NCBI GenBank assembly: GCA_964247055.1
Contig: OZ176050.1
Coordinates: forward strand, 2,604,001-2,668,000
DNA: 64,000 bases
From: Paragordius varius
Lineage: Eukaryota; Animalia; Nematomorpha
Reading direction: 5' to 3'
Shown here: piece after piece, positions 25,106 to 38,693 of the stretch
Layout of the letters: the number at the start of each line of letters is the position of its first letter
How positions within the stretch are numbered: position 1 is the stretch's first letter
The notes under the pieces: model-generated
The model's database searches: none
Seen by the model: the letters and a program-made list of their open reading frames with translations, nothing else
Told to the model about the DNA's origin: nothing
Made by a program: the position numbers and the translations under genes

Positions 25106-26483
25106 CAGGGGTGGCCAACCTTTTTTTCTGGCGGTCACGTATGAATATTAAGTAATAAAAGATGAATTTATCATATATATATATGTATATCCCTATTTAC
25201 TATTGGGGTGACTAGCACAGGTCATTACAAAATAAATATTACAAAAAATTATTATTTTGGGGTATTTATTTTTATATAGAATCTTAATTTGCTTAAAATG
25301 ATGATTCAAAAGACCTCTGGTTACCACAACAGTGTACAAATACTAAAATTTTTACATTCAATTATAAATTTATAATGGATAATTAACTGTATATCTTGCA
25401 ACGGATTTCTGATGATTGAAGTAAAAAATGGATTTGTAGCTCTTGGCCAAGATCCTTATAATTTACCAGATTTTATGGATTGCATACCATATTCGTCAAG
25501 ATTCGTCAAATCGAAAAGAGTGTCGCGTTAAAGTTTTTAGTTTAGTTAGAAGGAATTGGTATTGACATAGTTAACTGGTTAATACAGAAAGAGAGTTAAG
25601 CCGGCTGCATTTTTACAAAGATTAGGAAAAAATTTTACTACAACTATATATTTTTAACAGACAAAAGATTATTATATCCACAATTAAAAGATATCGCTGC
25701 TTCTTGCTTTTTGATGCAATATCTCAGAAAAATTGCACATTGCAAATCAATTGAAAAACAGTGATATAAAACATTTTTCTAATTTTACATAATCAATGTT
25801 TCTTATAAAATGTCAATGATATTGCTTTTCTAATTAAGATTTTTGTCAATACATAAACTCAAAATACATTTCTATGTTTTATGTCCGTATGTTAAATTCT
25901 AAAATACTCTACCGTTTTCTTAAAGTAAAGTTTCCAGATTTGGATGTCGAATAAAAACTAATCAGAGATCGTTAAAATTTGGAATTTTGATTGAAAATTC
26001 TCCTGATATCATATGACTAAATGTGGAATACTTGATGTTTCTATAAAAAATATTTATAAGATTGAGTATGCCACAATTCACAAAATTTTTCAGATTCATA
26101 TAAAGTCAGTGGAATTCTAGGCAAGATTCCAAATGTTTATTAGTTAATAGTGATATCTGTTTAGTTTTAATGATAATCATATAAGAAAAAGCCGTGCAAA
26201 TAAATATGTGGATCCAAAAAAGCAAGGAAAAGTTTACCAATTTACCAAATATGTGGGTATTTATCTTTAATTTAAGTTAGTTATATATAAATTTTTATTA
26301 ACAAGTGATTTTTTTTAAACACAAATTTGAATAAATTATGAAAAATATATTAAAAATTTGTGGAAAATAAATTCTATGCAAAAATTTTTTTTTATTTTTA
26401 ATAAAATTATCAGATTCAGACGGTCACGTCTTAAAAGCTTGCGGGCACGAATTCGCCCGCGGTCGACCGTTTTGTCAACCCTG
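25106..26483 (+). mobile_element. Defective Charlie/SPIN-type hAT element, copy 2
   Basis: Same termini and motifs (MIEVKNGFVAL). Confidence 0.83.
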
Positions 26484-26490
26484 TTATGAA

Positions 26491-27011
26491 TACCATTGCA
26501 CTTCAAGAGTGTTTTAGAACACTTCAAGTTGGTCCTTGAACATTTCAAATTGGTCTTTAAAATTTATAATTTTTGCATTTATTTTTTTATTTTATTATTT
26601 ATTAACCTAATTTTTTTATTTATTATGTATTTATTCATTTAAAAATATAATTTTATTGAAAAACCACTTTTTTGTTTCAAACTATTTTTTTTTTAATTGA
26701 ACAAAATTATTGACTTTTATATGTTTTTAATGAAATTTTTTTATTAATAACCCAGAAAACTTATATATTTTTTCATTTCGTGTTAAAATCTTATAAATAT
26801 CCAAAATTATTTTCAAAAAATTATTAAAGATATACGGTTCCTTTATAATTTGTTACATAATAGAAAATAGGTTAAAAACAATAAAATAGATAAATTATTT
26901 ACGATTTGATTGATAAAAGTTAAAAACAAAACAAAAAAGTCAAAGGACCAACTTAAACTGTTTAAGAACCAACTTGAATTGTTCAAGGACACTCTTGAAG
27001 TGTAAATGGTA
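26491..27011. mobile_element. MITE with long TIRs (taccatt(t)gcacttcaagagtgt...); a left-end fragment is also at ~386-440 of each young unit
   Basis: 26491-26560 is the imperfect reverse complement of 26942-27011; T/A-rich interior. It is absent from the equivalent position in the sister modules. Confidence 0.75.
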
Positions 27012-28429
27012 TATTAAAAATTATTTAATAATACTACTTTTTAAATATATAAAATAATATTTAAAATGAATTAAAGATATTGTTCTCACAAAAAATTTCA
27101 TTTAGCTTTGTGCAAATTTATACCATTTTTGGATTTGGAGTATTTAACATAAAAGTGTAAATTTTTCTTAAATTAATCGTTCACAAAGCAGAAACATAGC
27201 TTGCATTTCTGGCACCCGGTGCATGAATCCGTGATGGCGCCCCTCCCCCTCCATACGATCCCTTGCATTTTAAAATTCAAATCGTGGTTACGACCACTCA
27301 TAATTGTGTGATTTTTTTGTGGATTATTTATAATAATAACTTTAAATACCTATTTTTTTGAAATACAGATCAAATTTTTATAAAATTTGCCCCCCTTTGT
27401 TCTATGGCCTAGCGCATCAGCCTCCCTTTCCCCCTCTAGCTACGCCTCTCTCCTAAAGTCAAAAGTATTATTTAAATGCTAGTAAATTATATATTAGAAT
27501 ATATATATATATATATATATTATCAAGTTTGTGCACAGTGTAATTATATATTTATAAAAATGCACAACTTCGAAGCAATAACATTCAATACTATGATACT
27601 GAATTGAGAAGGCATTTGAGATGTCTGAGCACGTAAATAATGATTAACACTTCAAACAGACTTGTACAGGAAATTGTAACGATTGTTGGTTGATATTCCA
27701 CTACTTTTAAAACCTATTTTGCATAATTATATACTTAACAATTCCTAATCATGTAAGAATCTAAAATAAAACAGTATAAATTTATATCTCATAAACCAGA
27801 TGACAAAAAAATTCAAAAATAAAAAACAATATTTTTGGTGTTATTTTGATTTAGAAGTTTATTTTATTAATAAAATATGAATGTTAAGATTTTAATAGTG
27901 AGTTTAGGTTTAATTAAAAAAAATCATTTTAATATGGTTTCATTAAATTTTTTGTCTTTTAAGCGTGGTAAAAGAAAAACGCCATTTTTTGATCTGAAAT
28001 TATATAGAAACCCTGACTATATGATTTTAGGCTATTTTTATATTTAAAATATCCCCTAAAATGATAATATACGATAATATTTCAGATTTTATCATTATTT
28101 GTTATCATTAATAATCCTTAATTTTTACTTTTTGCCCGATTTCGATTTTCTCCAATATTACAAAAACTAGGTTGTCAACAAATAAAATTTTATGCGGCAA
28201 ATGAATACGCTGGTCATAAGCTATCTCATGAAAAAAATTGACCCTTTTTTTGAACACAATGTATATATAATTAATATTTTAGAAATTGACGTTTTATTGT
28301 TAGTAAACACGTCATGTTTAAGATTGGTATTAAAAATCGAAATTATCGTCATATAAAAATATCTTTCAATTATATAATGTTGTGTTTTTTAATATTATGA
28401 TAAATCGTACACGCATACATTGATCAATA

Positions 28430-28910
28430 ATGAGTTTTATAATTTGTCAAACTTGTCATAAACCTTTTAACTAATGTAGTTAGTACTTGTTTAGTTGTAT
28501 CATTAATTAAGGCGGTTTTATCAGTATCTGATGATGCTGTATTGTTATAATTAATATTAGCGTCATTTTACGAATTATTAATTGTATCGTTTTCATGGAA
28601 TAACACATCCTCCCATTTACGGCTTCAGTTTTTAGAATCTACAAGATTCTCTATATCAGCGCTAGTGTCATCAATCGTTTTAGGTGATGGATTGTTAACT
28701 GTACTAATTACGTTTTGATAATTGCTAGATAGGCGGCGGGTGAGTATTATTGGGGTGATTCGTTGTATTTAGTTGAAAAGGTGATGGAGAATTTTGTGGT
28801 TGAACATTGAAAGTTGCAAGATTTGGATCTTCATCCATGATAAATGGTATTAAACAAGTACTGCATTGGTTAAAAGGTTTATAACAAGTTTGACAAATTA
28901 TAAAACTCAT
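28430..28910. pseudogene. Tight fold-back: truncated plus-strand start (28430-28495) fused to a minus-strand copy (28496-28910)
   Basis: Plus strand MSFIICQTCHKPF breaks at ~28495. The minus copy (ORF 28725-28910) runs on into NDANINY..DTDKTALINDT-type sequence of the long gene. Confidence 0.8.
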
Positions 28911-29388
28911 TATTAATCAATGTCTGCGTGTACTATTTATTGAAATATTGAAAAACACAACATTATGTAATTAGAGGATAATTTTATATGACGATAATTT
29001 TGATTGTTAATACCAATCTTAAACATGACGTATTAAACCGTTAATAAAACATCAATTTCTTGTATATAAAATATGATAAATTAATAGTAATATAAATATT
29101 GATCAATAACCTCGGAATTATGATTTACGTGGTTTGATAGTTTTCGAATTTTAATTGAACAAATTATTTTTCAATGTACTTAAATATGTAGGCAAAATAA
29201 ATAAAAATTATAGAGCCATAGAAATGTTTATTATCGTATTCTATAAATAAAGTGTATTTAATATTTTAGGGTTTGACTATCGTTTTTACTATGCTCCGTA
29301 ATACCATACTTTATTAATATTTTATTCAATATTAAATTCTGTTAATAAGTATGCATATTTTTATAACAATTATTTTAATGATATCTAC

Positions 29389-30448
29389 CAGGGGTGGCCA
29401 ACCATTTTTTCTCGCGGTCACGTATAATTATTTAATAAATATTCATTTATCACAATATATATATATATATATATATGCCTATTTACGAATTGGGGTGACT
29501 AGCACAGGTCATTACAAAATAAATACTACAAAAAATAATTATTTAGGGGTATTTATTTTTATATAGAATTTTAATTTTATTAAGATATATAATGATGATT
29601 CGGAAGACCTCTGGTTACTACAATGAGTGTACAAATACTATAACTTTTACATTCAATTATGAATTTATAATGGATAATTAACTGTACATCTTGCAACGGA
29701 CAGTTGAAGTAAAATATATATTTGTAGCTCTTGGCAAGTTCTTTATAATTAACCAGATTTTATAGTGCTTACCAGGTTTGAAATAATGGACATATACTTC
29801 AAGATAATCGTCAAATCGAAAAGAGTGTCGGGCCGCAGTTTTTCGGTTTATTTCTATGTTTTATTACCGTATGTTGAATTTAAAACTAAAATACTCTACC
29901 ATTTTCTTAAAGAGTTTCCAGATTTGGATGTCGAATAAAAACTAATCAGAGATTTGGAATTTTGATTGAAATATCCTGATGTCATATGACGAAATGTGAA
30001 ACACTTAATGTTTCTAAAAAAATATTTAATAAGATTGAGTATGCCCCAATTCACAAAATTTTTCTGATTTATATAAAGTCAGTGGAATTCTAGGTAGGAT
30101 TTTATATTTTCATTAGTTAATGGTGATCTCTGTTTAGTTTTAATGACAATCACATAAGAAAAAGCCGTTCACATAAATATGTGGATCCAAAATTAAAAAG
30201 TGTAGCAATTTTCCAAATATGTGGGTATTTATCTTTAATTTAGGTTAGTTATAAGAAATTTTTGTTAACAGGTAAATTTTTTTAAACACAAATTAAAATA
30301 AATTATGAAAAAAAAATTAAAAATTTTGTGGAAAATAAACTCTATGCAAAAATATTTTTTACATTTTTTATAAAATTTTTAAATTCAGGGTACGTCTTAA
30401 AATTTGCGGGCACGAATTCGACCGCGGTCGACCGTTTTGCCAACCATG
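29389..30448 (+). mobile_element. Defective Charlie/SPIN-type hAT element, copy 3 (internal deletion)
   Basis: Same termini; lacks the RWLSR-containing segment. Confidence 0.8.
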
Positions 30449-30935
30449 TTATATACCGTATATTGAAGATTCTTATCGCCCGTCATTTTTGCCTTTACTT
30501 AACGAGCCTATTTCGGAAAGGGCAAAAAAGTTGAGACTTTGGCGCCCGCCCTTAATATTTAAAATTATTTATAATACTGATTTACTTTTTAAATATATAT
30601 AATATAAATGATATATAAAATGAATTAAGGATATTGTTCTCACTAAAAAATTTCATTTAGCTTTGTGTGATCAAATTTTTGCCATTTTTTGATTTGGAGT
30701 ATTTAGCATAAAAGTGAAATTTTTTTTTAAATCAATTGTTCATAAAGCAGAGGCGTAGCTTACATTTCTGGCACCCGGTGCATGAATCCGTGATGGCGCC
30801 CCTACCATTCCATGTGACCCCTTGCAAAAAAATCAAATTCAAACCGTGGTTATGACCACACATAATTGTGTGTTTTTTTGATGCATTATTTAAAATAATA
30901 ACTTTTAAATACCTATTTTTTTGAATTAAATATAA

Positions 30936-31345
30936 GATTTTCTATGTCAGCGCTGGTGTCTTCAATTGTTTTAGGAGAAGATGCATTGTTAACTGTACTA
31001 ATTACGTTTTGATAGTTGCTAGTTGGGGACAAATTGGCGGCGGTTGGGTAAGGATGGGGTGTATTCGTTGTATTTAGTTGAAAAGGTGATGGAGAATTTT
31101 GTGGTAAAATTGAAAGTTGCAAGATTTGGTCTTCATCCATGATAAATTGTATTAAACAAGTACTGCATTGGTTAAAAGGTTTATGATAAGTTTGACAAAT
31201 TATAAAACTCATTATTAAACATGTCTGCGTGTACCATTTATTAAAATATTGAAAAACACAACATTATGTAATTAATTTTATATGACGATAATTTTGATTG
31301 TTAATACCAATCTTAAACATGACGTATTAAACCATCAATGAAACG
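30936..31345 (-). pseudogene. Truncated inverted arm joined directly to a truncated MITE
   Basis: Minus ORF 30913-31212 begins MSFIICQTYHKPFNQCSTC; junction to the MITE at ~30935. Confidence 0.78.
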
Positions 31346-31680
31346 TCAATTTCTTGTATATAAAATATGATAAATTAATAGTAATATAAATAATTAGCAA
31401 TAACCTCGAAATTTCGATTTAAGTGGCTTGATAGTTTTCGAATTTTAATTGAACAAATGATTTTTCAATGTATTTAAATATGTAGGCAAAATAAATAAAA
31501 ATTATAGAGCCATAGAAATGTTCATTATCGTATTCTATAAATAAAGAGTATTTAATATTTTAGGTTTGACTATCGTTTTTACTATACTCCGTAATACCAT
31601 ACTTTATTAATATTTTATTCAATATTAAATTCTGTTAATAAGTATGCATATTTAAAAAAAAATATTTTGATGATATATAC

Positions 31681-33060
31681 CAGGGGTGGCCAACCTTTTT
31701 TTCTCGCGGTCTGGTATAAATATTAAGTAATAAAAGATTCATTTATTAAAGCATATATATATATCCCTATTTACGTATTGGGGTGACTAGCACAGGTCAT
31801 TACAAAATAAATATTACAAAAAATTATTATTTTGGGGTATTTATTTTTAAATAAAATTTAATTTTATTAAAATATATAATGATGATTCAGAAGACCTCTG
31901 GTTACCACAACAGTGTATAAATACTAAAACTTTTACATTCAATTATTAAATTTATAATGGATAATTAACTGTACATCTTGCAACGGATTATAGTTGAAGT
32001 AAAAAATATATATGTAGCTCTTGGCAAAGATCTTATAATTTACCTTATTTTATAGATTACTGCATACCTGGTTTAAAATAATGGACATATGCTTCAAGTT
32101 AGCCGTCAAATCGAAAAGAGTGTCGCGCCGCAAATTTTCGGTTTAGTTAAAAGGAATTGGTGCTGACATAGTTAACTAATTAATACAGATAGAAGATGGT
32201 TAAGTCGTGCTGCATTTTTAGAAAGATTAGGAAAATTTTTACTACAACTATTTATATATATAATAGACGAAGGATTAATATATCCACAATTAAAAGATCT
32301 AAAATCGCTTCTTGATCTAGCTTTTTGATGCACTATCTCAGAAAAAGGGCACATTGCAGATCAATGGAAAACAGTGATTTAAAATTTAATTGACATAATC
32401 TGAAATGTTGCTTTTAAATATATCGATAATATAATAAATCATTTTGAGAAAAGATTTTTGTCAATACATAAACTCAAATACATTTCAATGTTTTATATCC
32501 GTTTGATAATATGTCGATTTTAAAAGTTAAATACTCTACCGTTTTCTTAAAGCAAATTTTACAGATTTGGATGTGGAATAAAAACTAATCAGAGATCGTT
32601 AACATTTGGAATTTCGATTGAAAATTATCCTGATGTCATATGACTAAATGCGGAACACTTGATGTTTCTTTAAAAAATATTTAAAAAAATTGAGTATGTC
32701 ATAATTCAGAAAGTTTTTCAAAATTAGATTCATATAAAGCCAGTGCAGTTCTCATACAAGATTCCAAATGTTTATCAGTTAATCGTGATCTCTAAGAAAA
32801 AGCCGATTCATATAAATATGTCGATCCACAAAAGAATTAAAAAATGCAGCAATTTACCAAATATGTGGGTATTTATCTTTCATTTACGTTAGCTTTATGT
32901 AAATAACAGGTGAATTTTTTCAAACACGAATAAAAAGAAAATATGAAAAATAAATTAAAATTTTGTGGAAAATAAATTCTATGCAAAAATATTTTTTACA
33001 TTTTTTATAAATTTCAGACGGTTACGAATTCGACCGCGGTCGACCGTTTTGCCACCCCTG
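31681..33060 (+). mobile_element. Defective Charlie/SPIN-type hAT element, copy 4
   Basis: caggggtggc ... gccacccctg. Flanks atatatac and ttatgtac. NTDRRWLSRAAFLERL motif at ~32180-32230. Confidence 0.85.
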
Positions 33061-33685
33061 TTATGTACCATATATTGAAGATTCTTATCGCCCGTCATTT
33101 TTGCGTTTACTTTTAAAAACGAGCCTATTTCGGGAAAAAAGTTAGACTTTCGGAGCCTGCCCTTGCTTGATATTTAAAATTATTTAATAATACTGCTTTT
33201 TAATATATATATATTATATAAAATGAATTAAGGATATTGCTCTCACCGAATAAATTTCTTTTAGCTTTGTGTAATGAAATTTTGCCATTGTTTGATATGG
33301 AGTATTTAGCATAAAAGTGTAATTTTTCTTAAATCAATCGTTCCTAAAAGGAGAAGCGTAGCTTGCATTTCTGGCGTCTGTGCATGAATCCGTGATGGCG
33401 CCCTCTCCCTCTCCATGTGACCCCTTGCATTTTAAAAAAATTCAAATTTAAACCGTGGTTATGACCACACATAATTGTGTGTGTTTTTTTAAGTATTATT
33501 TAAAATAACAACTTTTAAAACCTATTTTTTGAAATAAATTTAAAAAAATAAAAAATCGGGCGCCCCTTCAACTGTGGCGCCCGGTCCATTAACCCCTCTT
33601 CCCCCCTCTAGCTATGCCTCTGTCCCAAAGCCAAAAGTATTATAAAAATCCTAGTACAATTATAGGTCAAAATATAAATATATAT

Positions 33686-33806
33686 AAGGGCTTGGAAAGA
33701 ACCGGTTCAACCGCTAAATTTATAAGAAACCAACGCGGTTCCTGTTCCATTTCCCCGGGGTTCTGTTCCACTTGTTCAGGAACCGACCCGGTTCCGGTTC
33801 CAAGCC

Positions 33807-33809
<3 letters not shown>
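33686..33809. mobile_element. 124-bp deletion derivative of a CAGGGCTTGGAACC hAT MITE, inserted in (AT)n
   Basis: agggcttggaa ... ttccaagccctg termini, atatatat on both flanks, and gaaccg subterminal repeats shared with 42906-43815. Confidence 0.75.
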
Positions 33810-33844
<35 letters not shown>

Positions 33845-34464
33845 CAAGTTTGTGCACAGTGTAATCTATATATTTATAAAAATGGACAACTTCGAAGCAA
33901 TAACGTTCAATACTAGATACAGAATTAAGTAGGCATTTGAGATGTCAACCTACGTTTTAAAATAATGATTAATAACCGTGCATTATAAATAAAATTTTTA
34001 ATATATATATATCAATTTTTGGTAATTTTAATAATTACCATTTCATATTATAAATACAGAATTGCGATAATGTTTATTTGTTATATTCGCGTTTACAAAA
34101 AATATATAAATAAGTTTTGAAACGCATATATGGAGAAAATCCACCAATTAATTATTCTGCTTACGAACCTGATTAAGTTGTCTAGATATTAAATTATTAA
34201 GGTGACCAGACGTCCCGCTTTTTCACACTTTGTCCCGCGTCCCGCTACGTTTTTAAAATGTCCCGCTTTTTCACGATTATTTAAAAAAAATTTTTAATAC
34301 AAATAAATTTTTTTATCCGTTTATATTTTTTATCATTAAATATCTTTAAAATCTATTCAATTTTAAATTAAAATTTTTTATTTTTAAATTAAAAATTTAT
34401 TTTTTTCCAATTTATATCATAGATTATACACTTTGCTTCCTACTACTACTGTCATCATTATCAA

Positions 34465-34865
34465 AAAGCCAAGTTACCACAAATCTCTAGATTAAAAGAC
34501 AAATTAATACCACAAATCGGTAGCTTACACGTTTATTTCAGAAAATTAAGGTAATATAATATTTACTATGCTAATATTTTAGTTTTATTACTTGCTAACA
34601 TATCAAAAAGCCAAATTAATACCACAAATCGGTAGCTTAAAAGACAAATTGATACCACAAATCGGTACCTTACACGTTTATTCCAGAAAATTAAGGTAAT
34701 ATAATATTTATACTAATATTTTAGTTTTATTACTTGCCAACATTATTAAAAAGCCAAATTAATACTTGAAATCGGTAGCTTAAAAGACAAATTGATACCA
34801 CAAATCGGTACCTTACACGTTTATTCCAGAAAATTAAGGTAATATAATATTTATTATACTAATAG
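34465..34865 (+). repeat. Three ~144-bp tandem repeats in the transposon 5' region
   Basis: gaaaattaaggtaatataat recurs, with its gt at 34551, 34696 and 34839. Confidence 0.85.
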
Positions 34866-34877
34866 TAGTTTATAAAT

Positions 34878-36658
34878 ATGAGCACAAAAAGAGGTTGTAA
34901 ATTCAACGATGAATTAATGAAAGATTTTCCTTTTATGAAAAAAAAGAAGGATGAATCATTTGTTAAATGTTTTATATGTGAGTGGGAATTCACCCTAGTG
35001 CATGGCGGCAAGCATGATATTAGAAAGCATATGGAAACACAAAAACATAAAAAATGTTTAGATATGGTGGCATCATCTTTCAAAATGAGCGACATTTTTC
35101 GAAAAACCGCTTTTGGAGAGGAAGAAAAGAATTTGGCACTAGATGAGGCCGTGTTATCTTTTCACGCCGTTAATCACAATCCTTCCTTTAGATCTATGGA
35201 CTGTACCTCACAGGTTTTCGCACGTTATTCCATAAAAAATTTACATATGCCCGTACAAAGGCTGAAGCCATTGTGTGCAATGTCCTTTCGCCACATGCAT
35301 TTTCTGAAATACAAAAAGATTTGCTGAAAATTAATTTCATATCGCTATACTTTGATGCATCTCACAAGGAAACAAAATTATTTTCCACTTTAATAAGATA
35401 TTTTGATCCAGAAACTGGAGTAATTAAAATTTTAGATATTATTTCGCTACCCGGTGTAAATTCCGACATAAGTTTTACTTCAATAATGAATATTTTAGAA
35501 AATAATAATTTAAAAGGCAAAATCATCGCATATTGCGCTGATACCATTACGAACTTCGGTGAAAAAGCAAGGAGGGGAACAAAAAATATTTTTCATAAAT
35601 TACAGATAATCTTAATCAAAACATTATTGGCGTTGGGTGTGCAGCGCATTTACACAACGCTATTCAAACAGCTACTGATTTGTTACCCCTAGATGTGGAA
35701 AATTTAGTTATTAAAATATATACCTTTTTATATATAGACGGTACGCGTTGAAACGCTCAAGAAATTCTGTGAAAATGCAGAAGTTCAATATCAAAAATGG
35801 ATATTGTAAAACTCGTTGGTTAGCTCTTCTGCCTGCTATCGAAAGAATTTTAAAAATGTATGATCCTTTAATGTCCTATTTTTTATCACAGGACAAATGT
35901 CCTACAACTTTGGAAAAGTTTTTTGAAAGTGATTTTTCAAAAATATGGATAGTCCTACATAATCAAGCGTCTCTCTTTCAAAAATGTTATTAAATTGATA
36001 GAAGGTGACAAAATTTCGGCTTAGAACCTAATTCCAATGTCAAGAAAGGTTAGAAAATAATTTTATACCATTAACCATCCGCAATATAAATAATTTAGAA
36101 AAACAAGGCTTAATAAATCGCCAAGATATCCTGTACCATATAAAAATGTTTTATACAAACTGTAAAGATTATTTGGAAGACTGGACGACGCAATTCAATG
36201 AAATTGAACATTTTCATTGGATAACATTAAAACCATAATTTAATTAGTGCGATGTTCAAAAATCATTTGATTATATCTGTTCCCAAAAATTCTTAGTTAA
36301 AAGATATATTAATAATGAAAAACCTAAATTATGGACAAAAAAATATACAGTAGAAAAGAAATGGTTGGAAATATTTCATCATTTTGAAGCCAACTATATT
36401 ACATACAATAATATTTAAAAAATTGTGGAATTTTCGCTATCTTTACCTGGAACCAACGCTGCTACTTAGTGCGTTTTTTCCACAGTAAATCAGGTGTGGA
36501 CATCGGAAAAATCAAATTTAAATGTTGAACCTTTAAAGACCGTTTTATCTGTCTAACATAATTTGACAAATTCTTGTGAATACTTTTACAATATTTTAAA
36601 AAAGGATGACAATCTGCTAAAACGCATTCACTCAAACAAAAAATATACCAAAGAATAA
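34878..36658 (+). pseudogene. hAT transposase, frameshifted
   Basis: BED-like zinc finger (CFIC..HGGKHDIRKH....KH), FDASH and YCADT catalytic Asp motifs, GCAAH (CxxH), TRWLALLPAIERILK and LSLPGTNAAT; multiple frameshifts and stops. Confidence 0.9.
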
Positions 36659-36704
36659 AATATATTTCTTATATTTATAAAGTTTTTATGTTAAAAAATA
36701 AACA

Positions 36705-37505
36705 AAATTACTTAAAATATTGTATAAGTCTTCATAATTTGTCAAATTATATTTAAACACATAAAATGGCACTTTTTCAACATTTAAATTTGATTTTCCT
36801 TACTTAATTTACTGTGGAAAAACGCGTTAAATAGCAGTGGTTCAGGTAAAGATAATGACTACAATTAAAATATTATTTTATGGAACATAATTTGTTTAAA
36901 AATGATTATTTTAACCATTTCTATCCTACGTATTTTTTTCTATTGTCCATAATATAAGTTTTCATTCAATATATTTATTTAATAATGAGACTTCATAAAA
37001 AAGTGTCATTGTGCACCGTCTTGTCTTCCAAATAATCGTTTCCGTTTGTAAACATTTTTTATATTCTGGCTATTCATTGAGCCTTGTTTTTCTGGATGCT
37101 TTATAATATTGCGATTAGGTAATGGTATAAAATTATTTTCTAACCTTTTTTGACTTGGAATTTTGACCTTTGTCCTGTGATAAAAAATAGGATTCTAGGA
37201 GATCACATTTTTATAAATATTTCAATCACTGGCAAAAGAGCTAACCAACACTTCTACAATATCCAAGCATTTTAACATCTATTTTTCCACATCCAGGGGT
37301 AACAAATAAGTAGCTGTTTGAATAGCGTTGTGTATACCAATAATGTTTTGATTAAGATTATTTGCTAAAAATATTTTTTGTGCCGCTTCTTGCATCACCC
37401 AGCGCACTTTGTGATGATTTCGTCTTTATTATTTTTTTCTAGAATATTACAATCACTTCACCCTTTGTTCGTGCACTAAATTTATTGAATAAGGCACAAA
37501 CAACC
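36705..37505 (-). repeat. Inverted, deletion-riddled duplicate of the transposase region (~35200-36610)
   Basis: The reverse complement contains gttggttagctc, aatcttaatcaaaacattattgg and cacaacgctattcaaacagcta, matching 35600-35830 and 36290-36600. Confidence 0.88.
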
Positions 37506-38693
37506 TGTAAGGTACAAATTTTTTTATATTTATAATGTATTTGTGTTAGAAATAAATAAATATTACAATAAATTTTTTGTATAAAAATTTTTGGTTGTAC
37601 CCCCCAATGACCCCCCCCCCTTTCTCAGATTGTCCCGCTTTTTCCTTCAAAAAATCTGGTCACCTTACACATATAGGTTTTAAATTGGCTAGAAGGGTTA
37701 ATCCACGCATTTCTTAGCAAGTAGGGGATTTTTTCTTTTTATTTACATATTTAATTGTGTAGAAAACTAACATAGAACCTGAGTGTGTTCACAATCAAAT
37801 GTCATGGTTAAAAGGAGTGAAACGTTTATTTATGACATGACGACAATTAGGCAATAACTTTATTTGCAAATTTTTAATATTTAAGTTTTATTTTTCATTA
37901 GAAACGTTTTTTTATTATTTATATTGTATTATTGCAGTTGCCTAAATTTTAATAAACGATATTAATTTTTTGATTTATTAGGTGGTGTTAACACCTGAAT
38001 CTACACATTTATTTCAGTCCTTCGATTACAATTGGGGATAAAGCCTGTTTAAAATCAAGTATTCCTAACAATATGGAAAAAATCGGGAAGGTAAGGGCAT
38101 TAAATATGAATATAAAGAAGATAAAATTGATTAATTACCTACTCCTCATGAACCGTTTTTATCATTAATAAAAGGGAAATATACATAGTTGTTTTCTTTC
38201 AAATCGCTTATATCACATATCTCTGGTTATTGTTATATATATATTTATATATACAGCCCACAAAGTTAGGGTATATAAAAATCCTCTAGAGATTATAAAA
38301 TATTCTAATCGATAAATATATCAGGTTCATCTAAACTTTTAGGGCTAACGAGTGATAAAAAAATATTTACAATTTAGTAGTAACTGCTTCATACCGAATA
38401 ATCGCAAAATTTGCCCACCTAAATAAAATATTTTGGGTGAAAGTTAAATGCTCCATTCCAAAAATATCATTTATATATATCATATACCATATGTAAAAAG
38501 CATAACGATATTTTTTTTAATTTTCATTTTAAATGCTGATTTTTGCCCTCTAAAGCCAGTTCTGTTATAATACAAAATGCCAAGATGATAAAACATTTAC
38601 ATGCTAAATTTTGATATCAACTATAAATATTTTTTAAAATAAGCATGTTTTTTTTCAAAAATTTTATTTTTAGCAAAATTTTGTTGAAGCTGA

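Larger units (their letters stand above)
16177..33970. repeat. Older degenerate tandem array of modules (orphan gene + inverted arm + Charlie-type hAT remnant + hAT MITE + spacer)
   Basis: The same modules recur with many small deletions. Charlie-type left ends are at 20200, 25106, 29389 and 31681; CAGAGGCG-type MITEs at 21880, 27189, 30748 and 33351; orphan-gene starts at 17955, 23082 and 28430. Confidence 0.9.
34198..37667 (+). mobile_element. Blackjack-type hAT DNA transposon, defective, with internal inverted duplication
   Basis: TIR taaggtgaccaga (34198) / tctggtcacctta (ending 37667), with subterminal gtcccg repeats. No matching TSD (taaattat vs cacatata). Confidence 0.88.

Noticed and set aside
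1-33970. Whole module as a single Helitron, Maverick/Polinton, virus or Pack-hAT element
   Set aside because: I saw no Rep/helicase, polymerase B, integrase or capsid motifs, and no inward-facing TIR pair or TSD enclosing the module.
34190-37675. Target-site duplication for the Blackjack element
   Set aside because: The flanks taaattat and cacatata do not match, so the two ends may not come from one intact insertion.
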